DNA of 32,000 nt from Clostridia bacterium. GTDB lineage: Bacteria; Bacillota; Clostridia; UMGS1810. Every line of letters starts with the position of its first letter. Position 1 is the first letter of the stretch. The DNA lies in NCBI GenBank assembly GCA_045546535.1, contig JAZQDA010000102.1, forward strand, positions 7,587 through 39,586, in the 5' to 3' direction. Positions 1 through 11,865 of the stretch are shown here, one piece after another. A program made the position numbers and the translations under genes. The notes under the pieces were generated by a model. That model saw only the letters and a program-made list of their open reading frames with translations, did not search any database and had not been told where the DNA came from.

Positions 1-71
1 GAAAGCAAACGGATTCCGTAAAAGGCACGGTTTATTATGCTGTTTCCGTCAATTATAAGAAGGTTTTTCAT
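1..71 (-). CDS. polA: DNA polymerase I / 5'-3' exonuclease family protein, first 23 codons only (gene runs off the left edge)
   Basis: Minus-strand ATG at 71-69 follows a purine-rich GAGAGAGGGAAAG RBS-like run. The translation MKNLLIIDGNSIINRAFYGIRLL matches the conserved Pol I 5'-nuclease N-terminus pattern (LLIDGNS..RAFY). Too short to appear in the ORF track. Confidence 0.5.
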   Translation of the reverse strand, partial: MKNLLIIDGNSIINRAFYGIRLL

Positions 72-130
72 TTTCTTTCCCTCTCTCAAATTAAATATAC
101 ATTAAGTATAACATATATTGAAGATTTTTT

Positions 131-1633
131 CTACTCTTTTATTGGGTAAAATTTGTCAATTCCCTCACAAATTTTTAAAAATGGCTCAACTGCACTTACC
201 GCACCGCTTTTGCCGTCTTCTGAAAACACCGCAACTGCATATTTGGGGCTGGAATAGGGGAAAAATCCGCAGAACCACCCGTGCTCGTAGTATGATAAAT
301 CTTCTTTTTGCCAACCGGTTTCCGCAGACCCCGTCTTTCCTGCAATCTCGAGGGGAGATGACGCTATTTTTTTTGCCGTGCCGTAGAGAACACAGTCACG
401 CATCATAGAAGATATTTTTCTGGCGGTTTCTTCCTTTATTGCCCTTACCGAATCGTAATTTGAAAGATTCTCTATCACTTCTCCTTTTTCGTTTATAACC
501 GATTTTGCAATATTTACTCTTCCCCTTATTCCTCCGTTTGCAATAGTGGCACACATTAGAGCACATTGAATTGGCGTTATAAGAATTTCCCCCTGACCTA
601 TAGAGATATTTGCACTTTCTGTTTGTGTATAATTTTCTTTTACGGGGATATTTCCTTTTGCCTCTTCAGAGCCGAAAAAAAGTTTTCTTTCGCCAAGACC
701 GAGTTTGATAGCGGTATTTGTGATTTTTTTTGCACCAAGATTTAATCCTATTTCATAAAATGCGCAGTTGCACGAATTTGCAAAAGCCTCGGAAAGAGAC
801 TGAAGTCCGTGCCCGTCTTTTTTATTACAGTAAAATGTGTGCGAGTTTATTTCTTTAAAACCATTGCACAAATATTCCCTGTTTAAGTAAGGATTTTCAT
901 CAATTAAGGCAGATGCAGTTACAATTTTAAAAATGCTTCCCGCATTATACTGACAAAGTGCCCTGTTTAAAAGTTCGCCGTTTTCAGAACTCATACTCTT
1001 ACTCAAATCGTTTGCGTCAAACTTTGGATTACTTGCAATCGCCAAAACATCAAAAGTTTCTGCGTCAAGCACAACCGCCGAGCCTTTTGGCACATATTTG
1101 TCTAAAACGTCCTCACACACTTTCTGGATATGATAATCTATTGTAAGCGACACAGAATTTATATCGCCGTCTTCTTTTGTAAGTTCAGACTCTGAATCAG
1201 GCATAGGTCCGCCGACGGCGTCTGAAAGGTAGGTGACTTTGATTTTCTCATCGCTTTTTAAAAGTGAATCAAACTTTTTCTCAACACCGCAAACACCCGT
1301 GCCGTCTATGTTTGTATAACCTGTTATATGAGGTGCTGTGCCTGAATTTGCATATCTTGACGGCATTGTAAACTGAGATTTACCCGCACCTAGTCTGACT
1401 TTCCCTCTGTCTGTTATATGAAAAAGGGAAAGGTCTCTTTCGGTCAGCGGGATAAGATTTCTGTCATAGATTGTTCCTCTCTCATTTTTAACTGTAATAC
1501 AAACCGTTTCCTGATTTAAAACCGCCTTTTTATATTCTTCGTTTTTGAATACAGAAAGATAGAAAATTTTTGCAAAAAGAGAAGATGAAATAAATATAAA
1601 AGAAAAAAATAAAACTGATATGCGTTTTTTCAA
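131..1633 (-). CDS. Class B penicillin-binding protein, peptidoglycan D,D-transpeptidase (FtsI/SpoVD/PBP2 family, no PASTA tail)
   Basis: ORF 131-1642. N-terminal membrane anchor, then the three transpeptidase motifs SxxK (GSIFK), SxN (SCN) and KTG (GKTGSAE). The likely true start is the TTG at 1633 (MKKRISV...), which has an AGGTGA RBS 4 nt upstream. The GTG at 1642 has no RBS. Confidence 0.85.
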   Translation of the reverse strand: MKKRISVLFFSFIFISSSLFAKIFYLSVFKNEEYKKAVLNQETVCITVKNERGTIYDRNLIPLTERDLSLFHITDRGKVRLGAGKSQFTMPSRYANSGTAPHITGYTNIDGTGVCGVEKKFDSLLKSDEKIKVTYLSDAVGGPMPDSESELTKEDGDINSVSLTIDYHIQKVCEDVLDKYVPKGSAVVLDAETFDVLAIASNPKFDANDLSKSMSSENGELLNRALCQYNAGSIFKIVTASALIDENPYLNREYLCNGFKEINSHTFYCNKKDGHGLQSLSEAFANSCNCAFYEIGLNLGAKKITNTAIKLGLGERKLFFGSEEAKGNIPVKENYTQTESANISIGQGEILITPIQCALMCATIANGGIRGRVNIAKSVINEKGEVIENLSNYDSVRAIKEETARKISSMMRDCVLYGTAKKIASSPLEIAGKTGSAETGWQKEDLSYYEHGWFCGFFPYSSPKYAVAVFSEDGKSGAVSAVEPFLKICEGIDKFYPIKE

Positions 1634-1660
1634 AAGAATCACCTGAAAAGTTTTTTAGTC

Positions 1661-1689
1661 TTGAATATTTTCTTCATTTGGTGTAAAAT
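1661..1689 (+). promoter_or_regulatory. Sigma-A type promoter for the PRTase gene
   Basis: TTGAAT (1661-1666), 17 nt spacer, TAAAAT (1684-1689) with TG immediately upstream. Its position argues that the downstream CDS starts at 1742, not 1661. Confidence 0.5.
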
Positions 1690-1741
1690 GTATGTATCCG
1701 AATTTGGAAAGAGGGTAATTTTTTTGAAAAAATTCCATACT

Positions 1742-2284
1742 ATGAAAATCGCAGGACTTGAAAGAAACCTGCAACTTTTTAAAATAAGCGATAACCTCCA
1801 GATAGCCGCTTTTATACTTTTCGGCGATGCTGAAATCACAGTAAAAAGCGCAGAGGAACTTTTAAAACTTGCACCCGATTATGACATTCTTTTTACTGCA
1901 GAGTGTAAGAGCATACCGCTTATTCACGAAATGGCAAGGCAAAGAGGCGATGATAATTACATAATTGCCCGTAAAGCACCTAAACTTTATATGGAAGATA
2001 TAATGAGTGTTGAAGTAAACTCTATTACCACTGAAAACAAGCAGACGCTTTGCATCGGAAAAGGCGATGCTCAAGCACTCAGTGGCAAAAAAGTCCTTAT
2101 TGTAGACGATGTTATAAGCACAGGCGAATCACTTACTGCCATGGAAACTTTAGTTGAAAAAGCAGGGGGAAACATTGTCGGCAAAATGGCGGTCCTTGCT
2201 GAAGGCTCGGCAAAAGACAGAGATGATATAATTTACCTCGAGCCTCTTCCGCTCTTTGATGCAGACGGAAATCCGCTTAACTAA
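1742..2284 (+). CDS. Phosphoribosyltransferase family protein (adenine/purine PRTase-like)
   Basis: PRPP-binding motif VLIVDDVISTGESL. N-terminal MKIAGLERNLQLF..IAAFILFGD is typical of the Firmicutes purine-PRTase-like family. The start at 1742 was chosen because the promoter lies inside the longer ORF. Confidence 0.8.
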   Translation: MKIAGLERNLQLFKISDNLQIAAFILFGDAEITVKSAEELLKLAPDYDILFTAECKSIPLIHEMARQRGDDNYIIARKAPKLYMEDIMSVEVNSITTENKQTLCIGKGDAQALSGKKVLIVDDVISTGESLTAMETLVEKAGGNIVGKMAVLAEGSAKDRDDIIYLEPLPLFDADGNPLN

Positions 2285-2308
2285 AAGCGAACATAAAATA
2301 TGAAAAAA

Positions 2309-2330
2309 GCCAGTCAAATTTTTGACTGGC
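2309..2330. terminator. Bidirectional rho-independent terminator between convergent PRTase and spoIIR
   Basis: GCCAGTCAAA/TTTGACTGGC perfect 10 bp stem, flanked by an A-run (2303-2308) and a T-run (2331-2335). Confidence 0.8.
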
Positions 2331-2970
2331 TTTTTATTTTATTCATAACAGTGCTTATTTTTTGTTTTGATTTCTGCCACAGTTCGTAGGTTTTGAATTT
2401 AAATTCTACACTCCCGTCTTTTTCGGTGCTTATAAATTCTTTGTCTAAATCATCTGATGCGGAACTGATTTTTTCAATAGCATCTCCCGAAACTGTAACG
2501 CAGGTCTGGTCTACAAAACAAAGGGGCGGAAAAAGTACGCACCACCAGTTTTGCCCCGAGGCTTTCCCTATTTCGACTCTTACCGCTTCATATGAACCTG
2601 TGGGAAGAACAAGGTCTCCGTATTCTTTAGTAGGAAAATATGAGGGGGCAAAAACTACATTTACATCATAAGAATATCCGTTTTTTCTTACCTCATCTAT
2701 AGCGCAGTTTTCTATTTTTCCTAAGTTTGCAAGAATATCTTCTCTTGCAGTATCAATGGTTTCATTTTCAGAAAAAATATCGCCACACTCTTTTATAACT
2801 CTGTCCCTTACCTTTAGTTTAAGACTCTGGTCATCACCCGAATCGCTGTTTGCTATAACATGAAGCCTTATAAGGCTCTGGGCAAGGGCGGTTTCTTTTT
2901 TTTCAAAATGCGAATTTATAAAAAATACACATATAAAGCCAATACAAAGAGATATTATAATTTTCTTCAT
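2314..2970 (-). CDS. spoIIR: Stage II sporulation protein R
   Basis: Signal/anchor sequence, then LIRLHVIANSDSGDDQSLKLKVRDRV and NWWCVLFPPLCF, which are hallmark SpoIIR motifs. Confidence 0.9.
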   Translation of the reverse strand: MKKIIISLCIGFICVFFINSHFEKKETALAQSLIRLHVIANSDSGDDQSLKLKVRDRVIKECGDIFSENETIDTAREDILANLGKIENCAIDEVRKNGYSYDVNVVFAPSYFPTKEYGDLVLPTGSYEAVRVEIGKASGQNWWCVLFPPLCFVDQTCVTVSGDAIEKISSASDDLDKEFISTEKDGSVEFKFKTYELWQKSKQKISTVMNKIKSQSKI

Positions 2971-3046
2971 CAGGTAAAACTCCTTTGAATTTACATCTTT
3001 TTATAAGTATTGACTTTTTATTAAATTTTATACAATACGAGAAAAT

Positions 3047-3538
3047 TTACTTATTAAAAGTAATTAAATCAATTATATCTTCTTTGGAAATATCTTTATA
3101 AATATTAATTTGTTCATAAATTATTTTAAGCGCTTCCTTAAATGCGGTTTCATCTGCTTTATGTAATTTTTTCCCTCTGGTTAAAAGTTCGCATTTGTGA
3201 GTTTCGATGCTTTTAATTAAACATATAATTTCATCATACTCGCCGAAAGAAAGTATCTTTTTAAAATCTTCTTTCCTTTGGACGTCATTATTTGTCCAGA
3301 CTGAATCAAATAAAGGCTCTTTTAATTTTGCAACCAATTCTTCATATTTGGCAACAGGGTGCATTTTTGAAGTGAGTTTTTCGTTTTCTACAGGCACAAA
3401 GAAAGTTGAGTTGTTAAAGTAAAGACTTTCAAGAACATAGTATGAAATGTCTTTATCTTCAAATGTTTTTTTGCAGATGTCTGCAATTTTACATACGCCC
3501 ACTGTTGCATATACAATATTATCTCCGATTTTAAACAT
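3047..3538 (-). CDS. CarD/CdnL family transcriptional regulator
   Basis: 163 aa. The N-terminal MFKIGDNIVYATVGVCKI is a Tudor-like RNAP-interacting domain typical of CarD_CdnL_TRCF, followed by a helical C-terminal domain. Confidence 0.75.
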   Translation of the reverse strand: MFKIGDNIVYATVGVCKIADICKKTFEDKDISYYVLESLYFNNSTFFVPVENEKLTSKMHPVAKYEELVAKLKEPLFDSVWTNNDVQRKEDFKKILSFGEYDEIICLIKSIETHKCELLTRGKKLHKADETAFKEALKIIYEQINIYKDISKEDIIDLITFNK

Positions 3539-3738
3539 ATAAAAACCCCTTGTTGCCCAAAATACAGACTTTGAAATAAGTCATATATTTATTTTAACAT
3601 AAATCAAAGGCAATTTCTAAGGGCAGTTTTTCACAAAAAAACGACATTTTGATATTGTAAATTTTAACAAAAGTAAACTTAGCCATCGGAGTTCGGATAA
3701 TCTCTCAATGGCTATTCAAAAAAATTTAAAGAAAAGAC

Positions 3739-3787
3739 TTGACAAACTACTCTTACAGTTGTAAGATATAATTAAACTACACGTGTA
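3739..3787 (+). promoter_or_regulatory. blaI promoter with two cop-box type operators
   Basis: TTGACA (3739-3744), 17 nt spacer, TAAGAT (3762-3767). Two TACAnnTGTA dyads, TACAGTTGTA (3754-3763) and TACACGTGTA (3778-3787), match the BlaI/MecI/CopY operator consensus and overlap or follow the -10. Confidence 0.7.
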
Positions 3788-3807
3788 AGAGTAAAGGAGT
3801 TGTTAAT

Positions 3808-4173
3808 ATGACATCAATTCATTCAATAAGCGATGCAGAACTTGAAGTAATTCAGGTTTTGTGGAGAGAAAAAAGACCGATGAAAATAAGCGATGTTCTT
3901 GAGAGTCTTTCGGGGACTGGCTGGAAGTACAATACCGTCGGCACACTTCTTTTGAGAATGGAGGCAAAAGGGGCTGTTTCATCATCGAAAGATGGCAGAA
4001 ACATCGTATATACACCTGTTCTTTGCGAAGAGGAGTATAAAATAAACCGAACCCGCTCACTTGTTGAAAAATTATATAACGGCTCTGTAAAAGACCTTGC
4101 CGTTTCGCTTTTTAAATCAAACGAAATGAGCGAGGAAGATATAGAGGAAATAAAGAAGATGTTCAATCTGTGA
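3808..4173 (+). CDS. blaI: BlaI/MecI/CopY family transcriptional repressor
   Basis: 121 aa winged-helix protein (SDAELEVIQVLW...MKISDVLESL...WKYNTVGTLLLRMEAKG). It lies directly upstream of an M56 peptidase gene. Confidence 0.9.
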   Translation: MTSIHSISDAELEVIQVLWREKRPMKISDVLESLSGTGWKYNTVGTLLLRMEAKGAVSSSKDGRNIVYTPVLCEEEYKINRTRSLVEKLYNGSVKDLAVSLFKSNEMSEEDIEEIKKMFNL

Positions 4174-4183
4174 GGTGATATAT

Positions 4184-5827
4184 ATGATTGAATCTGTATT
4201 CAAAGCAGTTCTTATAATGTCGGCATCAAGCGCAGTTCTCACCCTTATTTTGCTTATTATAAAACCTTTTACCGAAAAAACATTCGGTTACAGATGGCAA
4301 TGCGGAGTCTGGTATGTTGTGCTTATTTGCGCTCTTATTCCGATAAGTATTACTTTTCCAAGTTATGATGCACTGCATAATACGGAAAATTTTAAAATTA
4401 TTGAAACGGCAGATTTAAGTGTGCAAAATGTAACTTTAAGCACTAAGACTCAAAGTTATAATTCGGGTTTAGATTATGCTGATTCATTTGTTTCGGCGCT
4501 TTCTTATATATGGCTTATCGGAGCGGTGTACTTTTTTGCAATCTCCCTTATAAGATATTTGCTTTTTAAAAAAGAAATCCGCAAAAATTCCGTTTCTGAC
4601 GGGGAGTATAACGGTATAAGAGTATTTTCCACAAATATTTTGTCAGCACCTCTTGCTCTGGGATTTTTTAAAAAGAAAATATTTATTCCCTGCTATACAG
4701 AAAATGAAGAGAAAGACCATATCTTGCTTCACGAATACACTCATATCAGACATCACGATATTTTTTACAAATGGCTATGCCTTTTTGCGCGTTGTATACA
4801 CTGGTTTAACCCCTTTATGTATATGGTTTCCCGTCAGATAGACCAGCAGTGTGAAATTTGGTGCGATACATCGGTAACAAAAGATATGACGGCACTCGAA
4901 AAAAAGCAGTATATGAATATTATACTTTCGCTTATTTCCCGTTCCAATATGCCGTTGGAACTTACTACCCGTATGGCAGATTCAAAACACAGTATCAAAA
5001 AAAGATTTTCGGCAATAACAAACTCTTCAAAACAAAATAGAATTATAAAATGTTTGTCAGCCTCTCTTACGGCAGTTATCCTTGCATCAATGCTTTTTGT
5101 GAGCGGTATTGCAGGAGGTGTGGCATATAAAAACAATCCCGTTTGCTTTAAACTTGATTTCTCGCCGAAAATAAACGGCGGGTCAGAAAAAGTTGCAATA
5201 GACAAAGAAGAAATCAAGGACTTTAACGAAGAGGTCTTACAAAATTTTGATGAGAAAATTAGTAATAAAGAGGAAAACAGCACCAACCAAAATCCGTCTT
5301 CATACTATGAAAACGATACCGTTTTGAAAAATTCCGAAGAAGTACAAGCCCCCGAACGAGAAAATGAAGATACGCGTGAAGATTTCTGGGTTTATGAAAC
5401 AGACCACTCTTTAGATATTACATATCCTGTTTTTGGCGAAATATATTCACAGAAGAAAGATATGGAAACTGTAATATCTGAAATAGAGAGAAACGGCGAC
5501 TTTAAATCTGACGGAATAGGGACTGACCTTTCTTCATCGTACTACAAAGACACTTTGAGTTATGAAAGCGGAAATACAGGGATACTAAAGGGCGTTAAAG
5601 CCAACAAAAACGGTATGATATACTTTTATATGGATTCTGACTACAGGCAATATATAAAAATAGGTGTAGAGCATAACGGCAGACAGATAAGCGGAAACGG
5701 GATAATTCCCGAAAATGATACAGTTTACGCAATCGGGGGACTTGACCCCGAAAAAACTTATGACATAACCGTTACAAACGGGGCGGGAGATACGTGGAAA
5801 ACAACGGGCGAATATGTTATTTACTGA
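4184..5827 (+). CDS. blaR1: BlaR1-type M56 family membrane metalloprotease/signal transducer with a non-PBP extracellular C-terminal region
   Basis: Multiple TM helices and the HExxH zinc site (LLHEYTHIRHHD). The ATG at 4184 has a GAGGTG RBS 6 nt upstream; the track start is a GTG at 4175. The last ~250 aa show no SxxK/KTG motifs. Confidence 0.85.
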   Translation: MIESVFKAVLIMSASSAVLTLILLIIKPFTEKTFGYRWQCGVWYVVLICALIPISITFPSYDALHNTENFKIIETADLSVQNVTLSTKTQSYNSGLDYADSFVSALSYIWLIGAVYFFAISLIRYLLFKKEIRKNSVSDGEYNGIRVFSTNILSAPLALGFFKKKIFIPCYTENEEKDHILLHEYTHIRHHDIFYKWLCLFARCIHWFNPFMYMVSRQIDQQCEIWCDTSVTKDMTALEKKQYMNIILSLISRSNMPLELTTRMADSKHSIKKRFSAITNSSKQNRIIKCLSASLTAVILASMLFVSGIAGGVAYKNNPVCFKLDFSPKINGGSEKVAIDKEEIKDFNEEVLQNFDEKISNKEENSTNQNPSSYYENDTVLKNSEEVQAPERENEDTREDFWVYETDHSLDITYPVFGEIYSQKKDMETVISEIERNGDFKSDGIGTDLSSSYYKDTLSYESGNTGILKGVKANKNGMIYFYMDSDYRQYIKIGVEHNGRQISGNGIIPENDTVYAIGGLDPEKTYDITVTNGAGDTWKTTGEYVIY

Positions 5828-5841
5828 GAGGAGAAAATTTT

Positions 5842-6519
5842 ATGAAAAGATATTTAAGTATTATTCTTGCTGTAGTATGTATGTTTAATTTATGTGTGGT
5901 TTCCTTTGCAAAAGAGCCGACTAAAGAGGAACTTTCAGATCTTAAAAAATATGCAATTATTCAAGGCGACCCCGACGGCAACTTAAGACTTGGCGATACC
6001 TTAACCCGTGCAGAAGCGGTAAAAATTATTTGTACTATGGCAGGGTATGATAAAATAGCGGAAAATTCAAATGAAATTGTTCTTAATGAAGACAAACCTT
6101 TCCCCGATGTTCCACAGGGCCACTGGGCAACGGAATATATAAGATGCGCTAAAAATTTCGGTATAGTCGAGGGCGATGAAAACGGATATTTCAATCCTGA
6201 GGCTGAGGTTAAAAACGAAGAGTTTGTAAAAATGCTCGTTATTATTCTTGGCTATGATATGATGGCTCAGCACCGCGGAGGTTACCCTGTAGGCTACAAT
6301 GTAGTTGCCAATACTTACGGAGTAACCCAGGGACTTCAGTTTGCGGTAAATACCCCTGCAATACGCTCAGATGTCGCTGTAATGAGTATAAATTCACTTG
6401 ATGTTCCCCTGATGAAACAGACAGGCTACGGCGACCAGATATCATACTCTGTTATGGACGGGGAGAATGGACATAAAAAAGAAACTCTGCGAATAAATCT
6501 TGAACTTTTAAAAAAATAA
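5842..6519 (+). CDS. Secreted S-layer-homology (SLH) domain protein
   Basis: ATG at 5842 with a GAGAGGAG RBS. Signal peptide MKRYLSIILAVVCMFNLCVVSFA. SLH-like repeats (LTRAEAVKIIC; FPDVPQGHWATEYIRCAKNFGIVEGDENGYFNPEAEVKNEEFVKMLV). Confidence 0.75.
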   Translation: MKRYLSIILAVVCMFNLCVVSFAKEPTKEELSDLKKYAIIQGDPDGNLRLGDTLTRAEAVKIICTMAGYDKIAENSNEIVLNEDKPFPDVPQGHWATEYIRCAKNFGIVEGDENGYFNPEAEVKNEEFVKMLVIILGYDMMAQHRGGYPVGYNVVANTYGVTQGLQFAVNTPAIRSDVAVMSINSLDVPLMKQTGYGDQISYSVMDGENGHKKETLRINLELLKK

Positions 6520-6520
6520 C

Positions 6521-6556
6521 AAAAAATGGTTTGCGGATATCCGCAAACCATTTTTT
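6521..6556. terminator. Bidirectional rho-independent terminator between the SLH gene and trmO
   Basis: AAAAAATGGTTTGCGGAT/ATCCGCAAACCATTTTTT is a perfect palindrome with A- and T-runs. Confidence 0.85.
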
Positions 6557-6567
6557 ATATTAACACA

Positions 6568-9268
<2,701 letters not shown>

Positions 9269-9280
9269 TCAAAAAACTTT

Positions 9281-9320
9281 AAAACGGACTTTTGTCCCGT
9301 CAGGACAAAAAGTCCGTTTT
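9281..9320 (-). terminator. Rho-independent terminator downstream of the 9328-10494 gene
   Basis: AAAACGGACTTTTGTCC ... GGACAAAAAGTCCGTTTT long stem. Read on the minus strand, it is followed by a T-rich tract. Confidence 0.7.
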
Positions 9321-9327
9321 CATTATT

Positions 9328-10494
9328 TTACTCTATTTTTGTAAGTAAATACTCTGAATCTATGTATTCGAGAGTATATGTCCAGTCAAAACTTTTTTTC
9401 TCAGATGCACCGTCAGCATAATACAAAGTTTCTGCCTCTGTTACATCAATTTTCCATTTTGTGTCAGAAATTTTTGTGATTGATTTTACAGTAAGAGAAT
9501 CAAAACCTTGAGAAATTCCCTGGTCAATACAGGTCTGAACAAGTTTTTTCTGGTCATTATAAAGTTGACCTGCAAGATGGGATTCAACAACTGAAAAATC
9601 TCTGCTGTTTATTGCCATAACAAGGTCTTCAATATATTCAACAAGGATAATTTCTGCTTTTTTAAAACTCATTTCATCGGTATCTTTTGAATTTTCAGAT
9701 TCAAGATACTGTTTAATCTGAGATATATATTCTTCAAGGAGCGATACATCGGAATCGTCAAGATATTTTGTGTCAATGAGTTCTGATTCGGTCAGGGCAT
9801 CTTCGTACTTTTCATTCTTCATAAAGTTTTGCACATTTTCAAAAGTTTTGTATGCAGTTTCATATGAAAGAATTTCGTCGTCAAGACTTTCAACATCTGT
9901 GCGTATTGAATAATCTATGTATTCTATCGGAATTTCATCAAAAAGTTCTCTGGCTTCTTCAAATTTTTTGCTTTGAAGTTTTTTCAGCGCTCTGTTATAG
10001 TTGTACACTATTGTGTGCAGTGTTTCTGCCTCGTCATTTTCGGGGTCTGTTTCTAAAACTGCCTTAAAAACAGTTTCAGCCTCGTCATATTCGGCGTTTT
10101 TGAGATTGTCCATACCCTTTTCCATAAGGGTATCAGTATCTTCTTGTTCTAACACGACATCTTCTGCGCCCGGGTTTTCTTCCTCTTTTTTGCCTATGGC
10201 ACCTGATATGAAAAGAGAAACAACAACTAAAACCAAAGAGGTAATAATACATATTAAAACGGTCGGGTTTATACCGTCTTTTTTCTTTTTGCCGGTGGCT
10301 GTTTTCTTCTTGGTGTAGATTGGTTTTGTTTCATTAAACTCTGCCGAATCTGAAACAGGTCTTATTTTCTGCGTATCGCCAAATTCTGTTTTGCTAAAAG
10401 GCGAAATCTGGTCAGAGTCTATTTCGAGTTGGAGTCCGCAGTGGGGACACCATTTTGCTCCGCCGGACTCTTTTTTGCAATTGGGACAAATCAT
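9328..10494 (-). CDS. Zinc-ribbon membrane protein with TPR-like region and TcaA/YvbJ-like extracellular C-terminal domain
   Basis: N-terminal CPNCKK..CPHCG zinc ribbon, one TM helix (VLICIITSLVLVVVSLFISGAI), acidic helical repeats, and a C-terminal NTF2-like segment resembling the TcaA/YvbJ family. RBS GGGGG 7 nt before the ATG. Confidence 0.65.
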   Translation of the reverse strand: MICPNCKKESGGAKWCPHCGLQLEIDSDQISPFSKTEFGDTQKIRPVSDSAEFNETKPIYTKKKTATGKKKKDGINPTVLICIITSLVLVVVSLFISGAIGKKEEENPGAEDVVLEQEDTDTLMEKGMDNLKNAEYDEAETVFKAVLETDPENDEAETLHTIVYNYNRALKKLQSKKFEEARELFDEIPIEYIDYSIRTDVESLDDEILSYETAYKTFENVQNFMKNEKYEDALTESELIDTKYLDDSDVSLLEEYISQIKQYLESENSKDTDEMSFKKAEIILVEYIEDLVMAINSRDFSVVESHLAGQLYNDQKKLVQTCIDQGISQGFDSLTVKSITKISDTKWKIDVTEAETLYYADGASEKKSFDWTYTLEYIDSEYLLTKIE

Positions 10495-10509
10495 ACAAAA
10501 GCCCCCTTC

Positions 10510-11865
10510 TTATTTTGACATTACTGCCGAAAGGCTTATATCTGAATTTAAAATACTGTTTCCTGTCTGGTCGATTATAACGGTTTTGCCCGTAGCATCT
10601 TTTACAACTGCAAAACCGTCAGGATAAAATTCTCCCGCCTCGGTAAATCGGGGGTCTATCGCAAAACTTCCGTCTTCTTTTACATATCCCCAAAGACCGT
10701 CTTTTAAAACAGGCGCAAGACCGCCCGAGAACGAAAGTGCCTTGTCAAATTGAGGCTCTATGACAAATTCTCCATCTTTGTTTATGAATCCGTATTTTCC
10801 GTCGCCTCTTTGAGCAAATATAAGGGTTTCGCATCCAAAAACACCCATATCAGAAAAACGGGGAGGAATTATGTACGCACCCTCTGCATTTATATAGCCG
10901 TAACGAGTGCCAAGTTTTACTCTTGCACTTAAATCGGGGTCGAATGCGGAAATTTCATCAAACTGAGGTTCAATAAGGAAATTGCCCTCTGTATCTATAA
11001 CGCCGTAATCGGAGAAAATTTTAACCTTTGCTCTGCCGTCTTTGAAAAGGTGCGCCATTTCAAATTTGGGTTCAATAACCGCAGTGCCTTCCTTGTTTAC
11101 ATATCCCCACTTGCCGTCTGCTTTTATGGGAGCAAGGCCGTCAGCGGAAAATTCAAGAGCCATATCGTACTGAGGCGCTATTGTGTATTCGCCGTCCTCA
11201 CCGATATAACCGAAAGCACCGTTTACAGAAACCGCTGCAACGCCCTCTGAGAAAACTGATGCACTTGAGAATTTGGGGTTTATCACATAACTTGCATCTT
11301 TTGTCATATAACCCCATTTGCCGCCCTCCATAACAGCAATATAGCCATTATCGGATACCTTGCCGAAAGAGTCATACTGCGGAATTGTAAGAAGTTGACC
11401 TTCCTTGTTTATCATAGCATATTTATCGCCGATGAGAGCAAAAGCAATATCGCCGTCAAAAGCGGTGAGCATACGGAACTGAGGTTTTACCGAAAATTTT
11501 GTCGGTTCGTCTTTTGAAATATATCCCCATTCGCCATCAAGACACACCGCAAGTGTATCGGAAGTGAAAAGGGTGTCGGGATTTACCACGGGTTCTTCTT
11601 CGTTTGGAATAATCCAACTGACAATTATTATAACTGCCGCAATTATAAGAACTACAGCACTTATAAGACCAATGAGTTTTCTGTAATCAATTTTGTATTT
11701 TTTCACCTTTTTCTGAGGGATCGGTTCCTCAATTACACGGACTTGAGATGCGTCCGCAACTGTCTGGCTGAAATTTGTGTCATTATCTATGTAGGCTGAA
11801 TTGTCTTCGCCGCAAAAAGAACATACGGGTGAGTCGAGTTCTCTTTTGCATACTCTGCATACCAT
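10510..11865 (-). CDS. Zinc-ribbon membrane protein with about ten extracellular WG (KWG) repeats
   Basis: ATG at 11865 follows an AGGAGG RBS (the track ORF begins 33 nt earlier). CRVCK..CSFCG ribbon and one TM helix. Repeated units follow: GEWGYISKD, GKWGYMTKD, GAFGYIGEDG, GKWGYVNKEG, TRYGYINAEG, GKYGFINKDG, GLWGYVKEDG, each followed by ..EPQFD/PKF. Confidence 0.8.
   Translation of the reverse strand: MVCRVCKRELDSPVCSFCGEDNSAYIDNDTNFSQTVADASQVRVIEEPIPQKKVKKYKIDYRKLIGLISAVVLIIAAVIIIVSWIIPNEEEPVVNPDTLFTSDTLAVCLDGEWGYISKDEPTKFSVKPQFRMLTAFDGDIAFALIGDKYAMINKEGQLLTIPQYDSFGKVSDNGYIAVMEGGKWGYMTKDASYVINPKFSSASVFSEGVAAVSVNGAFGYIGEDGEYTIAPQYDMALEFSADGLAPIKADGKWGYVNKEGTAVIEPKFEMAHLFKDGRAKVKIFSDYGVIDTEGNFLIEPQFDEISAFDPDLSARVKLGTRYGYINAEGAYIIPPRFSDMGVFGCETLIFAQRGDGKYGFINKDGEFVIEPQFDKALSFSGGLAPVLKDGLWGYVKEDGSFAIDPRFTEAGEFYPDGFAVVKDATGKTVIIDQTGNSILNSDISLSAVMSK

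Noticed and set aside
118-408. Numerous 60-130 aa ORFs antisense to or nested in long genes (e.g. 118-408, 4834-5286, 7899-8192, 10001-10318, 17406-17795, 19384-19767, 23539-24009)
   Set aside because: Each is fully contained in a longer ORF with strong family motifs on the other strand or in another frame. They lack RBSs and have low-complexity translations.
1661-1741. Longer N-terminus (MNIFFIWCKMYVSEFGKRVIFLKKFHT) for the PRTase ORF
   Set aside because: A near-consensus promoter (TTGAAT-17-TAAAAT) lies inside this extension. The extension would also leave only 19 nt to the divergent PBP gene. The family-typical N-terminus begins at MKIAGLE (1742).
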